From Candidatus Latescibacterota bacterium (GTDB taxonomy: Bacteria > Latescibacterota > UBA2968 > UBA8231): DNA of 64,000 bases. Positions within the stretch are counted from its first letter, which is position 1. The number at the start of each line of letters is the position of its first letter. The stretch is taken from NCBI GenBank assembly GCA_965221775.1, contig CBDCSU010000005.1, positions 128,001-192,000 on the forward strand. The letters are read 5' to 3'. Below, piece after piece: positions 27,657-37,837 of the stretch. Both the position numbers and the translations under genes were made by a program. The notes under the pieces were generated by a model. That model was not told where the DNA came from. It made no database searches and was given only the letters and a program-made list of their open reading frames with translations.

Positions 27657-29303
27657 TCATCGGTCCTCCTGCACCACGCGAAGGACCTGGTCGGCGGCCA
27701 CGCCGGAGATGCGCTGCGTCGAGCCGTCGGGCCACCGGACCTCCACGTCGGCCCGGGACGACTGGTTCAGACCGAAGTGAAGGCGCGGATCGTGACTGGA
27801 CAGGTAACTGCTGCCCGACTGCCGTTCCTTGATCTGGCTGCGCCCGTCGGCCGTAACCGTCACCCGGGCACCCAGGGCATCGGGGTGGCGCGCCCCCACG
27901 AGCTCGACGAAGAGCCAGCGGCGCCGGTTGCCGCCGTCGTTCCTCAGCAGCCGGGGGGAGGAGGAGACCGTGGTCACCAGGAGGTCGACGTCGCCGTCGT
28001 TGTCGTAGTCCCCGGCGGCCGTGCCGCGCCCGACGTTGGGCTCGATGAACTGCGGTCCCAACTCCGCCGAGACATCGGTGAAGCGGAGGCCGCCGTCGTT
28101 GCGGAACATCTGGTTCGGCTGGCGGTACCTCTGGCGCGGGTCGGCCTCCTGGACCCGGTGGACGACGTGGCCGTTGGCGACGAACAGGTCGAGGTCGGCG
28201 TCGTTGTCGAAGTCGATGAGCTTCGTGCCGAACCCCAGGGGCAGCTTCGACGGCCCGTCCAGTCCGGCCTCGTCGGAGACGATGCCGAAACGGCCCTGGC
28301 CCTCGTTGCGGTACAGGGTGTTCGTCTCGCCGGCGAAGTTGGTGACGAAGAGATCCTGGTCGCCGTCGTTGTCGTAGTCCCCGAAGTCGACGCCCATGCC
28401 GGCTTCGGGGTGGCCGAACTCGTTGTAGCGGGTGCCGCTGGTCAGTCCGACCTCGGCGAAGGTGCCGCGGCGGTTGTCGTAGAGGAAGTTCATGGTGCCG
28501 TCGTTGGCCACATAGATGTCGGTGTCCCCGTCCAGGTCGTAGTCGGAGAAGGCAACCCCCAGGCCGCGGCCCTCCAGGATGATGCCGGCGGGGCGGGTCA
28601 CATCGGTGAAGCGGTCGCCGTCGTTGCGGTAGAGGAGATCGCCGATCGGCTCGTAGACCGCGGGCTCGCAGTAGGAACGATTGCCCGTCCCGTCGCCGCA
28701 GGGGACGTTGATCTCCAGGGTGAAGCGGACGTAGTTGGCGACGAAGAGGTCGATGTCCCCGTCCAGGTCGTAGTCGAGGAAGCCGGGGCTGCTGCCCCAG
28801 CGCGGATCCCCCAGGCCCGACTCGCCGGTGACGTCGGCGAACCGCCCGCTCCCCTCGTTCCGGAGCAGGACGTTGGGCCCGAAGTTGGCCACGAACAGAT
28901 CCTGGTCGCCGTCCCCGTCGTAGTCGGCCGCCGCCACCCCCTGTCCATACCCGGGATCCCCGGCACCCGAGCCGGCGGTCACGTCCGAGAAGGTGCCGCC
29001 GCCCTGGTTGCGGAAGAGCCGGTTCACCGGCGGTGTTCCGGGGGGCCTGCCGGTCAGGTCGGTGCCGTTGACCAGGTAGATGTCCTGCCAGCCATCGCCG
29101 TCGGCGTCGAAGAAGGCGGCGCCGGCGCCGTAGGTCTCCGGGTAGTAGAACTCCCCGGAGAATCCGTTGAAGTGGATGAAGTCGATCCCGGAGGCGTCGG
29201 CGACATCCGGGAACCGGGGGAACCCCTGGGGGCCCTGCGACGGACCGCCGCAGGCAAGGGTGCCCAGCACCACGAGGAGAGCCGGGAGGGGAGTCCGCGA
29301 CAT
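27657..29303 (-). CDS. CRTAC1/ASPIC-UnbV family FG-GAP-repeat lipoprotein
   Basis: Lipobox-like LGTLAC, repeated DYDxDGDxDLFVxN...LxRNxG motifs, C-terminal GARV...SGSSYLS...LHFGL...VRWPDG (ASPIC/UnbV). Confidence 0.92.
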   Translation of the reverse strand: MSRTPLPALLVVLGTLACGGPSQGPQGFPRFPDVADASGIDFIHFNGFSGEFYYPETYGAGAAFFDADGDGWQDIYLVNGTDLTGRPPGTPPVNRLFRNQGGGTFSDVTAGSGAGDPGYGQGVAAADYDGDGDQDLFVANFGPNVLLRNEGSGRFADVTGESGLGDPRWGSSPGFLDYDLDGDIDLFVANYVRFTLEINVPCGDGTGNRSYCEPAVYEPIGDLLYRNDGDRFTDVTRPAGIILEGRGLGVAFSDYDLDGDTDIYVANDGTMNFLYDNRRGTFAEVGLTSGTRYNEFGHPEAGMGVDFGDYDNDGDQDLFVTNFAGETNTLYRNEGQGRFGIVSDEAGLDGPSKLPLGFGTKLIDFDNDADLDLFVANGHVVHRVQEADPRQRYRQPNQMFRNDGGLRFTDVSAELGPQFIEPNVGRGTAAGDYDNDGDVDLLVTTVSSSPRLLRNDGGNRRRWLFVELVGARHPDALGARVTVTADGRSQIKERQSGSSYLSSHDPRLHFGLNQSSRADVEVRWPDGSTQRISGVAADQVLRVVQEDR

Positions 29304-29325
29304 GGAGCCGGAACGGTCCGCCGCC

Positions 29326-30927
29326 CTACCGGAGGGGCGACAGCAGCGTCACCACCAGCAGGGCCAGGCCGATCCATCCGAGCAGGACCTGGAGGTTGGC
29401 CAGGAAGCGGAGCACGCCGGTGGGGCGCCAGTCGGGGTGGCAGCCGCGCACGAAGGCCTGCAGGCTGAAGAGGATGCAGTCGACCAGGGAGGGCCTTGCG
29501 CTGCCGGAGACCGGCGCCAGCCCCCCTCGCCCGAGGCGATACAGGAGACCGAAGAGAAGGACGGCGGAGACCGCGGCGCCGGCGAAGCGGCCGGGGTCGG
29601 TGCCGTAGCGGGTACTCCGGCCGAACAGTTCCAGGCCCCAGCGCGCCGGGTCCGTCCAGCCGAGATGCCGGCGGCGCAGGTCCATCCACTCGACGAGGCA
29701 GGCCTCGGCGTCGCGGAACCTGCCCTGGCGGCGCAACTGGGCCCCCAGGTCGGCGTAGACCGGCTCGAGGTCGTCCAGCGACCCCGGATCGGCCGCGGCC
29801 AGCCGGCCGCGCAGCTCGGACCAGCGGAAGCGCAACTCGTCCCAGCGCGCTTCCTGCAGATAGAGGATGGCGCTGTCGCCGAAGGTGACCTGAGCGGGAT
29901 CCGTCGCCAGAAAGGTGACCGTCGAGCTTCGGATCCGGCGCAGGTCAAGCCCCTTCTGGATCCTCCCGGCGAGGTTCAGCTCCCCGGAGAAGGTGCCCCC
30001 GCGGAAGTCCGCGTCCTTGCGGAAATAGGCGCCGGCGAAGCCAATGTCCTCCCTGGCCCTGATTCCACTGAAGACCGCGGGGTCAGCGAAGATGAAGTCC
30101 GCGAAGGAGGCCGGGCCGTCGAAGCGGGCGTGGTCGAAGGAGACCTGGCGCTCGGCGCGGGCCTTGTCGAAGCGGGCGGTCCCGGCGAAGACCGCCTCCC
30201 AGAACAGGATGCGGCCCCAGAAACGGGCCCCGGCGAAGGAGACGTCCGACCACTCCGTCTCCTTGAAGGAGGCGACGTCGCCGAAGACTGCGCTGCGGAA
30301 GTCCGCGGGGCCGCCGAACCGGGCGCCCTCGAAGTAGGCGCCGCTGCGGAACCGGACCCGTTGGAAGATGCTCTCCCCCTCGAAGCGAGTCTCGATGAAG
30401 GAGCCGACCCCCAGGAACCCGCCATCCGTGAAGTCGGCCCGGGCGAGGAAGGCCGCCCCTTTGAGGTTGGCCTGGCGTTCGACGCGGGTGGCGCCGAAGG
30501 CGGCGGGTCCGTGGAAACGCGCCCCCTGAAGGGACACCCCCCCCTCGAAGGCGGATCCCTGCACCCGCACCGGGGCCAGGAAGACGACGCGCGGCAGGAA
30601 GGCCTCCCCCGTGAAGCGCACGTCCTCCAGGTCGAGGGGGCGGCGCACGGTATCGAGCCCGGCCGACGACGCGTCGAGGGAGCCGGCGACCAGGGCATGA
30701 CGCAGCCGGAACGGGGTGCCGGAGTCGCGACCCAGTTCGGCCAGAAGGTCCGCCGCCGACAGCCGCGTGCGAGCCTCGTCGGTCGGCGGGGTGCCCGCCG
30801 CCTCCTGGGACGCCGCCGGGACCGGCCAGGGGAGGCCGAGACAGAGGATGGCCGGAAGGAGCCTCGAGAATCCCCGTGGCGAAAGCCCGCCGGGGCGGGT
30901 GAGATGTCCCTCTATGGGGGCAGGCAA
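29326..30927 (-). CDS. Pentapeptide-repeat protein with C-terminal two-TM channel-like segment; start uncertain
   Basis: Many AxFxxAxF repeats (ARFGGPADFRSAVFGDVASFKET); C-terminal YGTDP-TM-FSLQAF-TM; signal-like RLLPAILCLGLPWPVPA near the N-terminus. Start may be TTG 30927 or ATG 31029. Confidence 0.75.
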   Translation of the reverse strand: MPAPIEGHLTRPGGLSPRGFSRLLPAILCLGLPWPVPAASQEAAGTPPTDEARTRLSAADLLAELGRDSGTPFRLRHALVAGSLDASSAGLDTVRRPLDLEDVRFTGEAFLPRVVFLAPVRVQGSAFEGGVSLQGARFHGPAAFGATRVERQANLKGAAFLARADFTDGGFLGVGSFIETRFEGESIFQRVRFRSGAYFEGARFGGPADFRSAVFGDVASFKETEWSDVSFAGARFWGRILFWEAVFAGTARFDKARAERQVSFDHARFDGPASFADFIFADPAVFSGIRAREDIGFAGAYFRKDADFRGGTFSGELNLAGRIQKGLDLRRIRSSTVTFLATDPAQVTFGDSAILYLQEARWDELRFRWSELRGRLAAADPGSLDDLEPVYADLGAQLRRQGRFRDAEACLVEWMDLRRRHLGWTDPARWGLELFGRSTRYGTDPGRFAGAAVSAVLLFGLLYRLGRGGLAPVSGSARPSLVDCILFSLQAFVRGCHPDWRPTGVLRFLANLQVLLGWIGLALLVVTLLSPLR

Positions 30928-31170
30928 GTGGCAGTCCGGGTCTGAACGGCAATCCGGAAGTGCTTCCGGCTTCGACAGAGATTCGACATAGGGCCATCTC
31001 GACGCAACCGTTGCCCCCCGCCCTCCCATGCCGTTAATTTCGCCGTTCGGGACTGACCTTATATATGGTAGGTGGGAGGGCTTCTGGAAGATGGTCGGTG
31101 TCCCTTTTGCGGACCCGGTTCGTTGTCCTAACTTACGCCCGCCCCGCCATAGCGGGCTGAAGCGAAGCTC

Positions 31171-33351
31171 ATGAGACCTCTTGCCTACTGCGCCAGCGCC
31201 GTCCTCGCCCTCACCACGGCAGCCTCCGCCGAGGTCATCATTATGGGCGGCCCCGGCAGTCCCTGGGAGGAGGGCGGAGGCGGGATCCAGGCGCAGGTGA
31301 TCCGCGGCGAGTCCGTGGAGAGCACGAACACCCCGGGCGGCGTCATCGACTTCTCGGTCGAGGGCTACGACAACTGGATCTTTGCCCAGCGCGTCGACCC
31401 GGACCTGAACATCGCGGTTGGTTCCCCCGGGCGCGGCGGCGCGCTCACCACTCCCACCCACCGGGCGATCCGCAACGACCTCACCAGGATCATCGACAAC
31501 AACGGCGAGACGGGGCTGGATCTCCGGGAAACCCCGGTTCTGGGTCTGATCGTCGACCTGGATCTCGGCGCCCGCTTCGGCGTCAATCGCTTCCGCTTCT
31601 TCCCCCGCAACGCCGCTGCGGAGATGCCGGCCCCCGACTTTCCCTTCCAGAACGACTTCCTGCGCGGCTTCGAGGTCTTCCTCAACGACGGCACACCCGA
31701 GTCGACGAGCCAGGGAAGACCGATCCTGACGAGCGTGGCCGTGGAGGGGCAGAACGAGGAACCGGTGGTCGACATCCGCATCCCGGCGCAGTATGTCCGT
31801 CTCGTCCGCCTCAAGTCGCTCACCTCGGTCGGATTCGACCTGGCCGAGTTCCAGATCTTCGGGACCGGTTTCGTCCCCGAGGCGGCCTACATCTCCAACA
31901 TCATCGACTTCGGCGCGCCGACCCTGCTCGGCAATCTCCGCTGGGTCCAGGAAAAAGTGGGAGACGAGGCCTTCTCGCGGATCAGGGTGCGCACGCGCTC
32001 GGGGATCGACCCCCAGCCACTGATCTTCAACAAGATCCGTCCCGCCGAGGACATCTTCCGCATCGCCGGCCAGTTCTCCCCGCGAGAATCCCACGTGCCC
32101 TGGAAGTTCGCCGACAAGGTCGACGACCCCGACCTCAAGGCGCTCGTCGAGAACGTCCTGGACAACATCGACGTCGACCTCCGCGACGCCACCCAGACCT
32201 TTGACGAACTGGCCCTCGAGCAGCGCGAAGAGCTCAGCCTGACCGAGGCGGACTACAGGGCCCTGCCCACGAAGGACAGGGGCGCGATCCGCCACGACGT
32301 GACCGGCTGGAGCGAGTGGTCATCGGTCTATCCTCCCGAGGCCGTGGTCACGGCCGACGGGCTCGAGGTGGAAGGGCTCGGCGTCCCGATCGTCTCTCCC
32401 AGTCCGCGGCGGTACTTCCAGGTTTCGATCGAATTCTTCAGCGATGACTTCGAATCGGCCATCGGCGTCGGCGGACTCGCCTTCGACGTGCTCACCCGGC
32501 CCTTCTCCGAGGCCCTCGTCGGGGAGATCCGGCCGCGAAGGGCGGAACTCGCCGAGAAGACCCTGTTCACCTACGCGGTCCGCACCCGCTTCGAGCCGGG
32601 CCGCGACCGGGGCTTTGACCGGTTGAAGATCCAGACACCCTTGCGCGTGGAGGAGGTGGGATCGGTGGAGATCCGGTGGGCCGACGGCAGCGTGGAGTCG
32701 GCGGACTTCACCGGCATGCCCCTGTCGGACTCGGACCTGCCCGTGGCCCGGGGGGACTTCTCCATACTCGATGTAGAGGAGAAATCCTTCACCGTGGGGT
32801 TCCCCGCCGTAGCCGAGGATGGGGCCGAGCTGCGCGTCACCTTCGACAACGCCGTGCTCCGCTTCGGCACCACCTTCTCCGGTCAGGCCCTGAGCTCGGA
32901 GACCGGCGACCTGTTGGGGCAGCACCTTCTCCCCGGCAACGCCGCCGATCTGGGGGCGGGCGATGGGGACACCCTCCCGCTGGGCTCGCAGGTGGCGGGC
33001 AACCTGGCCGTGCACGTGGGGATCACAGACGACCTCCTCGTCAACGTCAAGGCCGCGCCGGCAGTGATCACACCCAACGCAGACGGGGCCAACGACCAGA
33101 CCTCGATCGGCTACGACCTGACCACCATCGGCGCGCCGACGCGGGTGGAGGTTGTCCTTCACGACCTGTCCGGCCGGCCGATCCGCCGTCTGTACTCCGG
33201 GGATGACGTGAGCGGACGCTTCGCCCTCCCCTGGGACGGCCGTGATGACGCCGGCCGGATCGTGCCGCCGGGAAACTACGTCTTCAGCGTGACGGTTGAC
33301 GCGAAGACGGGACAGGCGCGGGCCTTCGGCACCGTCGCCGTGACCTACTAG
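31171..33351 (+). CDS. Secreted multidomain protein A1: discoidin-like domain, Ig-like domains and C-terminal FlgD-Ig/T9SS type-B-like domain
   Basis: Signal peptide (TTAASA-E); LDLG..FGV..FRFFPR and LAEFQIFG; C-terminus PAVITPNADGANDQ...DLSGRPIRRL...WDGRDDAGRIVPPGNY...VAVTY. Confidence 0.8.
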   Translation: MRPLAYCASAVLALTTAASAEVIIMGGPGSPWEEGGGGIQAQVIRGESVESTNTPGGVIDFSVEGYDNWIFAQRVDPDLNIAVGSPGRGGALTTPTHRAIRNDLTRIIDNNGETGLDLRETPVLGLIVDLDLGARFGVNRFRFFPRNAAAEMPAPDFPFQNDFLRGFEVFLNDGTPESTSQGRPILTSVAVEGQNEEPVVDIRIPAQYVRLVRLKSLTSVGFDLAEFQIFGTGFVPEAAYISNIIDFGAPTLLGNLRWVQEKVGDEAFSRIRVRTRSGIDPQPLIFNKIRPAEDIFRIAGQFSPRESHVPWKFADKVDDPDLKALVENVLDNIDVDLRDATQTFDELALEQREELSLTEADYRALPTKDRGAIRHDVTGWSEWSSVYPPEAVVTADGLEVEGLGVPIVSPSPRRYFQVSIEFFSDDFESAIGVGGLAFDVLTRPFSEALVGEIRPRRAELAEKTLFTYAVRTRFEPGRDRGFDRLKIQTPLRVEEVGSVEIRWADGSVESADFTGMPLSDSDLPVARGDFSILDVEEKSFTVGFPAVAEDGAELRVTFDNAVLRFGTTFSGQALSSETGDLLGQHLLPGNAADLGAGDGDTLPLGSQVAGNLAVHVGITDDLLVNVKAAPAVITPNADGANDQTSIGYDLTTIGAPTRVEVVLHDLSGRPIRRLYSGDDVSGRFALPWDGRDDAGRIVPPGNYVFSVTVDAKTGQARAFGTVAVTY

Positions 33352-33362
33352 GAGGAGCGAGC

Positions 33363-36179
33363 TTGAGGGCAATCAGGCTTCTCGCCGTCACCGCCGCGCT
33401 GCTGTCCGGCGCCCCGGTGCTCGGCCAGCAGGACTACGGAACGCGGCTCGGCCTCCAGCGCGGGGGGGAGGTGAGCTTCGCGCCCCAGGGCTCCGGGGTG
33501 CTCTTCGGGGCCCTCGATCCTGCGATCAAGAAGTGGTACATCCCGCAGGAGCTGTACAACTATTACGGCTGGCGCCAGTGGGAGTACACCAACTACGCCC
33601 GGGAGCCCTACGAGCGCTACGTGGGAACGAACCGGGAAGGCGACTACTTCTACGACGTCTACGGCAACTTCACCACCCACGGCTGGCTCATCTACGACTG
33701 GCGGCAGTTCCAGCCCCAGTCCGAGGGCAGCGGCATCTTCCAGGCCACCCGCTTCAACTCCTGGTTCAACGCGGTCACCGTCAGCGGCGACTCCCAGGGG
33801 CAGTACTCCTACTCCATCACCGTGGGAGACCGCATCCGCACCACCCTGACTCCGATGACCTTCTCCAAGCCCGGGTTCAACGGTGTGCAGATCGATTTCT
33901 CCTCCGACAAGTACCACGCCACGGTCCTGTCGTCGCGCATCAGCGAACCGATCCAGGGCTCCTCCCAGGGCCTGGCGGGTGTCACCGCGCCGACGCGGCG
34001 GACGAATCTCACCTCCCTCTTCGGAGGCCGCGCCACCTTCCAGGTGGGCGACTTCATCCTCCTGGGCGCCACCCTGGTGAACGCCACCAACGGCAACACC
34101 GTCCTGGACATGTTCGACGGCGACCCCGTGGCCGGCAACCTGACCTCCGGGCAGAGCACGGCCCCCCTCTCGGCGATCGCCGTCGTCCTGAGCGACGACT
34201 CGCCCGAGGACGGCGAGGGAGGCGCCGCCCTCTTCAGCCACGATGTGCGCATCACGGCGAGGAACTTCGACACGGGGGCGGAGACGGTCTACACCCTGAG
34301 CGACGTGGTGCGCCCCGGCAGCCAGTGGCCCATCGTCTTCGGCGGCGCCCCGGGCTCCGGCTTCCTCGCCGCCGACGGCGAGGAGCGCATCATCCTCAAC
34401 TACGACTTCAACGACCCGGCCTTCGCCCCGCCCGCGGGAGTCGATCCCACGACGATCGTCAAGGTCGAGTTCGACTACGTCCTGGCCAATGACTACAAGG
34501 TCGAGTTGTGGTCCGACCGGCAGAGTTCCCGCCAGGGCATTCCCCAGGCGCCGCTCACCTCGGAGGTCATCGACGAGGCCCGGCCCGCCCTGCTCACCCT
34601 GCGCCGGGCCGAGGGCAACGTGGCCGACCTGACGAACCTGCAGCGCATCCGCTTCGACTACGGGCTGCCCACGGCCAACCTCGTGGGCGGCTTCACCATG
34701 GAGGGGACCGGTCTCTTCGGCCTGGACTTCTACGCGGAGTGGGACCGCAACAAGCGCTACACCCAGTATCCGAATGCCGAGGTATTCAATCTGCGGGAGC
34801 AGCACAAGATCGCGTCGGAGTCGTCCGACGCCTGGTACGTCAACCTGTCGCGGGAAGAGTACCCCTGGTTCGCCTTCGGCGAAGCCTATTCCATCGACGG
34901 CGCCTACTCGACCACGGCCTACCTGGTCAACAACGAAGGCAACACCGTCTACGACGACTCCCAGCTCTATCTCTACGAGTTCGTCGACGACAACGACGAC
35001 CAGGACCGCTCCCCGGACTGGATCCGCTTCGACTCGTCCAGGGACCGGGCCATCTACCCGGGGTGGGACCAGAACAACGACTTCATCTCCGACTTCAACC
35101 AGAACGACAACGCCTCCGCGAACAACACCATCCCCGACTACGACGAGCCCTTCCTCCGCTATCGCGTCGATCGTCCCGAGTTCCTCTTCGGCATCGACCT
35201 GAACAACAACGACTGGATCGACCGCTTCGAGGACGACGACCTGCCCGACTATCCGTACAAGCCCGACCGGCGGGGCTACAACGCCTTTGCCGGCTACCAC
35301 CTGACCCCGTGGGCACGGCTGTCCCTGGGCCGCACCGACGAGGATTCTCCCTCCTCCGACGCGGCGAACCAGACGAACTACGCCCTCTTCACCGTCGACT
35401 GGCAGCAGGCGGGCCTCGGCCGTCTGCGCCTCTTCGACATGCTCAAGCTGGCCCGTGACACGATCCCCGACGACCGCCGCGAGCCCACCCCCCATGTCCT
35501 GGCCCTCACCGTCCAGCCACTGGTGCGGGACACGCTGCCCGCCCAGGACACCTGGGTGAACTCGGCATACGGCGAGTTCACCTTCGAGGGCGTCCCCCGG
35601 CTCCAGATGGTGCACAAGCTGAAGTGGGAGACCTACCGGCAGAACAAGGAGAGCCCGCGCGACAGCGACGGCCGGCGCCTGCGGAGCGACACCGACCTCT
35701 TCGGTCTCATCAACAAGGCCGACTACACCCTCGGCCTGGGACGGTTCGACCTGCAGCCTCGGATCAAGAACGAGTACCTGAGACGCGAGGCCTTCGCCCA
35801 GCTGGAGCCACGCCGGGAGGAGTGGACCCTCACCCTGCAACTCATCGGACGCCTGCCCGTCATGCGTCACACCGTCATCGAGTCCGGCCTGGAGCAGCTC
35901 TGGTTCAGCGACCTGGTGCCGGACGAGGATGCCCTCCTCGCCGAGGCCCTTCAGCAGGAGACGGGCGACTGGCGCTCGACCAACCTCGCCTTCCAGCTGT
36001 CGACAACCTCCGACTACCTCGGATACAAGCTCACGACCCAGGTCGGCTTGCGCCTGGGGCGCATTCTCACCGAGCAGGTCGTCGAGGAGGACGATCGACC
36101 GGGTTCCTTCATTCTCGAGAACCGAGGAAGCACCGAGACGACGACCTTCATCACCGTCTACGCCGGACTCGAGAGATGA
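33363..36179 (+). CDS. Large exported protein B1, putative outer-membrane protein with Asp/Asn-rich motifs; paralog of 37834-40821
   Basis: TTG start after AGGAG; signal peptide (APVLG-Q); aromatic-rich alternating strands in the C-terminal third; DDNDDQDR and DQNNDFISDFNQNDN motifs. Confidence 0.7.
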   Translation: MRAIRLLAVTAALLSGAPVLGQQDYGTRLGLQRGGEVSFAPQGSGVLFGALDPAIKKWYIPQELYNYYGWRQWEYTNYAREPYERYVGTNREGDYFYDVYGNFTTHGWLIYDWRQFQPQSEGSGIFQATRFNSWFNAVTVSGDSQGQYSYSITVGDRIRTTLTPMTFSKPGFNGVQIDFSSDKYHATVLSSRISEPIQGSSQGLAGVTAPTRRTNLTSLFGGRATFQVGDFILLGATLVNATNGNTVLDMFDGDPVAGNLTSGQSTAPLSAIAVVLSDDSPEDGEGGAALFSHDVRITARNFDTGAETVYTLSDVVRPGSQWPIVFGGAPGSGFLAADGEERIILNYDFNDPAFAPPAGVDPTTIVKVEFDYVLANDYKVELWSDRQSSRQGIPQAPLTSEVIDEARPALLTLRRAEGNVADLTNLQRIRFDYGLPTANLVGGFTMEGTGLFGLDFYAEWDRNKRYTQYPNAEVFNLREQHKIASESSDAWYVNLSREEYPWFAFGEAYSIDGAYSTTAYLVNNEGNTVYDDSQLYLYEFVDDNDDQDRSPDWIRFDSSRDRAIYPGWDQNNDFISDFNQNDNASANNTIPDYDEPFLRYRVDRPEFLFGIDLNNNDWIDRFEDDDLPDYPYKPDRRGYNAFAGYHLTPWARLSLGRTDEDSPSSDAANQTNYALFTVDWQQAGLGRLRLFDMLKLARDTIPDDRREPTPHVLALTVQPLVRDTLPAQDTWVNSAYGEFTFEGVPRLQMVHKLKWETYRQNKESPRDSDGRRLRSDTDLFGLINKADYTLGLGRFDLQPRIKNEYLRREAFAQLEPRREEWTLTLQLIGRLPVMRHTVIESGLEQLWFSDLVPDEDALLAEALQQETGDWRSTNLAFQLSTTSDYLGYKLTTQVGLRLGRILTEQVVEEDDRPGSFILENRGSTETTTFITVYAGLER

Positions 36180-37837
36180 GACACCCGCTCCTGCCGGCGG
36201 CTGCATTCGCCCTTGTCACTTCCCTGGTTGGATGCGGCTCCGATCCAGATGAGCCCGTCCTGGCCACCGTCGCTGGAGATCCGATCACCCTCTCCGAGCT
36301 TCGCGCCTTCGCCGAGCGCATCCCGGAGGGCATGCAGGAAGGCGAGTCGCCCTACGAGAGGAGCCGCCAGCTTCTGGAGAGCCTGGTCGACAAGGAGTTG
36401 TTGCTGAGGGCCGCGCTGGACACCGGGCTCGAGTCGGACGCCGAGGTGCAGGACGATCTGGAGCAGTTCGAGCGCAGGTACCTGCGCAAGCTGCACTATC
36501 GCGATTACATCGCCCGGCGAGTGACGATCACCCCGGAGGAAGTGGAGGCGCACCATCGCGCCACCGGGCGCCACCGGGCCTTGCGGCTGGGCGCCATCAT
36601 GCTGCATGAGGAGACCCTGGCGGACTCGATTCATGCCCTCCTGAAGGCTGGAGCCGACTTCAAGGCCTTGGCGAGAGAGCACTCGGTCCACGAGCCGACG
36701 GCCCCGAAAGGGGGAGACTTCGGCACCTATCTGGTTCGGGACCAGATGCCCCCGGAGGCCGGCAAGGTTGCCCCCTACCTCCAGGTGGGAGCCTTCACCG
36801 AGCCCTTGCTCGAGCTCCTGCGCCGCGAGGGGCGGTTCTACGTGATTTACATGGTTCTCGACGAGGTGCCCTCCCCCTTGAGCGTTTCCGAGGGAGTTGT
36901 CGTCGAGGAGGTGGCCCGGCGCAAGCGCGACGAGCGCATGCTTGAGTACCTCGACTCCCTGCGGACCGTCTACCCCGTTCGGGTGCGCGGTGCCACGGTG
37001 CGCCTGGTGGCGGAGCGGATCTCCGAAGCCGGGGAGGCCGGTCCCGACCTGAGCGACTCGGAGGTCGGGGAGGTGATCGCTACCTACGGCGACCGGGAGG
37101 TCTCGGTCAGCGGCTTCTTCGAGATGGCGCGCCGGGCAAAGGCGAAAGTCGGAGGGGCCGACAGCCTCGCCATCGCGCAACTGCTGAGCGACCGGATCCT
37201 CTCCGAGCTGTTCATCGAGGCCGAGATCGAGGCCTCCGGGCTGCGGGAGGACGCCGGTCTCCGGAAGGCCGTGGACCTCAAGCGCCAGGAGGTGCTCGTC
37301 ACCGCCCTGCGGCGCCGCGAGGTGACCCGGCACGTCCGCGCCTCCGACGAGGAGGCCCGCCGGTTCTACGACGAGAATCCGGACCAGTTCACCCGGCCGG
37401 AGTACACGTCCATCGTCGAGATCGTCGTCGCCTCCGACACCATGGCCATGCGTCTCCGGCGGGAGCTGGAGGCCGGCGCCGACGCCGAGGCCCTGGCGGC
37501 GGAGCACACCCTGCGCCCGGGGGCCGCCCATCACAACGGCCGGCTCAACGTCAGTGTCTTCACCCAGAGCTTCTTCCCTGTCCTGGCCGAGAAGCTTGCC
37601 GGGGTGGAGGTCGGCGCCGTGGGAGGTCCCTTCGAGGTAGCCATGGGGCATTCCGTCTTCAAGGTGCTGGAGCGGGAAGCCTACAAGGACCCCTACAACG
37701 ATGAGTCGAAGCGCCGCGCCAAGGCCTACGTGCGCATAGACAAGGCGGCACGGGGGTACTCGCAGTACGTCCGCGGGCTGCGCGAGGAATATCCCGTGCA
37801 GATCTTCGAGGACCGGCTTCGGAGGGTCGAGGGATGA
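36176..37837 (+). CDS. PrsA/SurA-like lipoprotein with two parvulin (PpiC) rotamase-like domains
   Basis: Lipobox LVGC; ADFKALAREHS....PKGGDFG and ADAEALAAEHT.R......GRL; 4-bp overlaps with both neighbours. Confidence 0.82.
   Translation: MRHPLLPAAAFALVTSLVGCGSDPDEPVLATVAGDPITLSELRAFAERIPEGMQEGESPYERSRQLLESLVDKELLLRAALDTGLESDAEVQDDLEQFERRYLRKLHYRDYIARRVTITPEEVEAHHRATGRHRALRLGAIMLHEETLADSIHALLKAGADFKALAREHSVHEPTAPKGGDFGTYLVRDQMPPEAGKVAPYLQVGAFTEPLLELLRREGRFYVIYMVLDEVPSPLSVSEGVVVEEVARRKRDERMLEYLDSLRTVYPVRVRGATVRLVAERISEAGEAGPDLSDSEVGEVIATYGDREVSVSGFFEMARRAKAKVGGADSLAIAQLLSDRILSELFIEAEIEASGLREDAGLRKAVDLKRQEVLVTALRRREVTRHVRASDEEARRFYDENPDQFTRPEYTSIVEIVVASDTMAMRLRRELEAGADAEALAAEHTLRPGAAHHNGRLNVSVFTQSFFPVLAEKLAGVEVGAVGGPFEVAMGHSVFKVLEREAYKDPYNDESKRRAKAYVRIDKAARGYSQYVRGLREEYPVQIFEDRLRRVEG

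Noticed and set aside
29326-32295. 989-aa ORF spanning the divergent promoter region
   Set aside because: Its N-terminal part is antisense to gene A1; only the pentapeptide/TM part looks like a real protein.
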